A stretch of DNA of 53,700 nt, taken from contig NEEC01000300.1 of assembly GCA_002189035.1 (NCBI GenBank), positions 1 through 53,700 on the forward strand, given 5' to 3'. The notes under the pieces are model-generated. The model had not been told where the DNA came from. It saw only the letters and a program-made list of their open reading frames with translations, and did not search any database. The position numbers and the translations under genes were made by a program. Source of the DNA: Utricularia gibba (taxonomy: Eukaryota > Plantae > Magnoliophyta). This document shows, in pieces, positions 53,001-53,700 of this stretch; the stretch's first letter is position 1; each line of letters begins with the position of its first letter.

Positions 53001-53700
53001 CACTTTCTTTGCCGGGCTACAACTTACTTTGGGCCAAGGCCTAAGCTGATCTTTTTCCGGTTCCAAGTGCACCCAAAGACCGCCTTCTCAAGTATAAAGT
53101 AAGTTGTTAAAAAATCATGTGGGTGCACGTGACATCATAATTTAAACAAATGCATCATTTTTTTAATCGATTTGCATCCAGTTGACCTCATGAGCCATAC
53201 AGAATCGGGGTCAAGGACCAAGTTCCCAGCGAGACTGGCCGCCACAAAACGAGAAGCGGTTCCTTGAAAAACCATGTAGGCAGCCCCCGAAAACCGAACG
53301 ATAATAAATACATCACTTTATTTGCCGGACTACAACTAACTCTCGGTGCAAGCCAAACCTTACCTTTGTCCCGTTCCAGGTGCACCCAAAGACCGCCTGC
53401 TCAAGTATAAAGTAAGTTGTTGAAAAAATCATGTGGGGTGCACGTGATATCGCAATTTAAACAAATGCAACATTGTATTCATCGATTTGCATCCTTTTGT
53501 CCTCATGAGCCATAAAGAATCGCGGGCCCGGACCAAGTTCCTAGCGAGACTGGCCGCCACAAAACGAGAAGCTGTTCCTTGAAAAACCATGTAGGCAACA
53601 CCGAAAACCGAACGTTAATAAATACATCACTTTCTTTGCCGGGCTACAACTTACTTTGGCCAAGGCTAAGCTGATCTTTTCCGGTTCCAAGTGCACCCAA
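50002..53700. repeat. Highly homogeneous A-B HOR block (canonical variant)
   Basis: Strict alternation at anchors 50002A, 50312B, 50623A, 50932B, 51245A, 51558B, 51872A, 52185B, 52499A, 52811B, 53123A, 53438B. Full A tails and canonical B tails differ from the reference almost only by small indels. Confidence 0.88.

Larger units (their letters stand above)
1..53700. repeat. Tandem satellite DNA array, ~315-bp monomer, ~174 copies, single orientation, running off both window ends
   Basis: The anchor CATGTGGGGTGCACGTGA recurs about every 300-316 bp from 147 to 53438 (173 anchors counted by hand, two of them degenerate, plus one removed by a deletion). There is no unique intervening sequence. 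The reference monomer is about 45% GC. Confidence 0.99.

Noticed and set aside
196-53385. The ORFs in the six-frame track (60-136 aa, e.g. 15428-15838)
   Set aside because: All are recurring translations of the satellite (VSCSPANKVMYLL, LKNHVG and similar). Starts and stops shift with 1-bp indels, no frame is kept between copies, and I recognise no domain.
1-53700. CRISPR array or repeat-spacer system
   Set aside because: The segments between conserved blocks are not unique spacers but two alternating alleles. The period is about 315 bp and there are no cas-like ORFs.

Overview
The whole 53.7 kb window is one uninterrupted, head-to-tail satellite DNA array in a single orientation, typical of eukaryotic (peri)centromeric or heterochromatic DNA. 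I found no genes, RNA genes, CRISPR array or transposon. There are about 174 monomers of about 315 bp (hand count of the GTGCACGTGA anchor). They belong to two subtypes, B (314 bp) and A (316 bp), about 87% identical. These mostly alternate to form a 630-bp higher-order repeat (HOR); the cleanest copy is 38975-39604. Each monomer appears to be an old dimer of a ~157-bp unit, giving a nested ~157, ~315, 630 bp hierarchy. Superimposed on this are about 13 phase slips, hybrid monomers, a linked-variant sub-haplotype concentrated at 15-33 kb, one ~150-bp deletion and a B-specific 12-bp inverted repeat. Much of the fine variation looks like long-read consensus error and needs read-level checks. All listed ORFs are translations of the repeat. 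I cannot assign the species or satellite family. All counts are manual.
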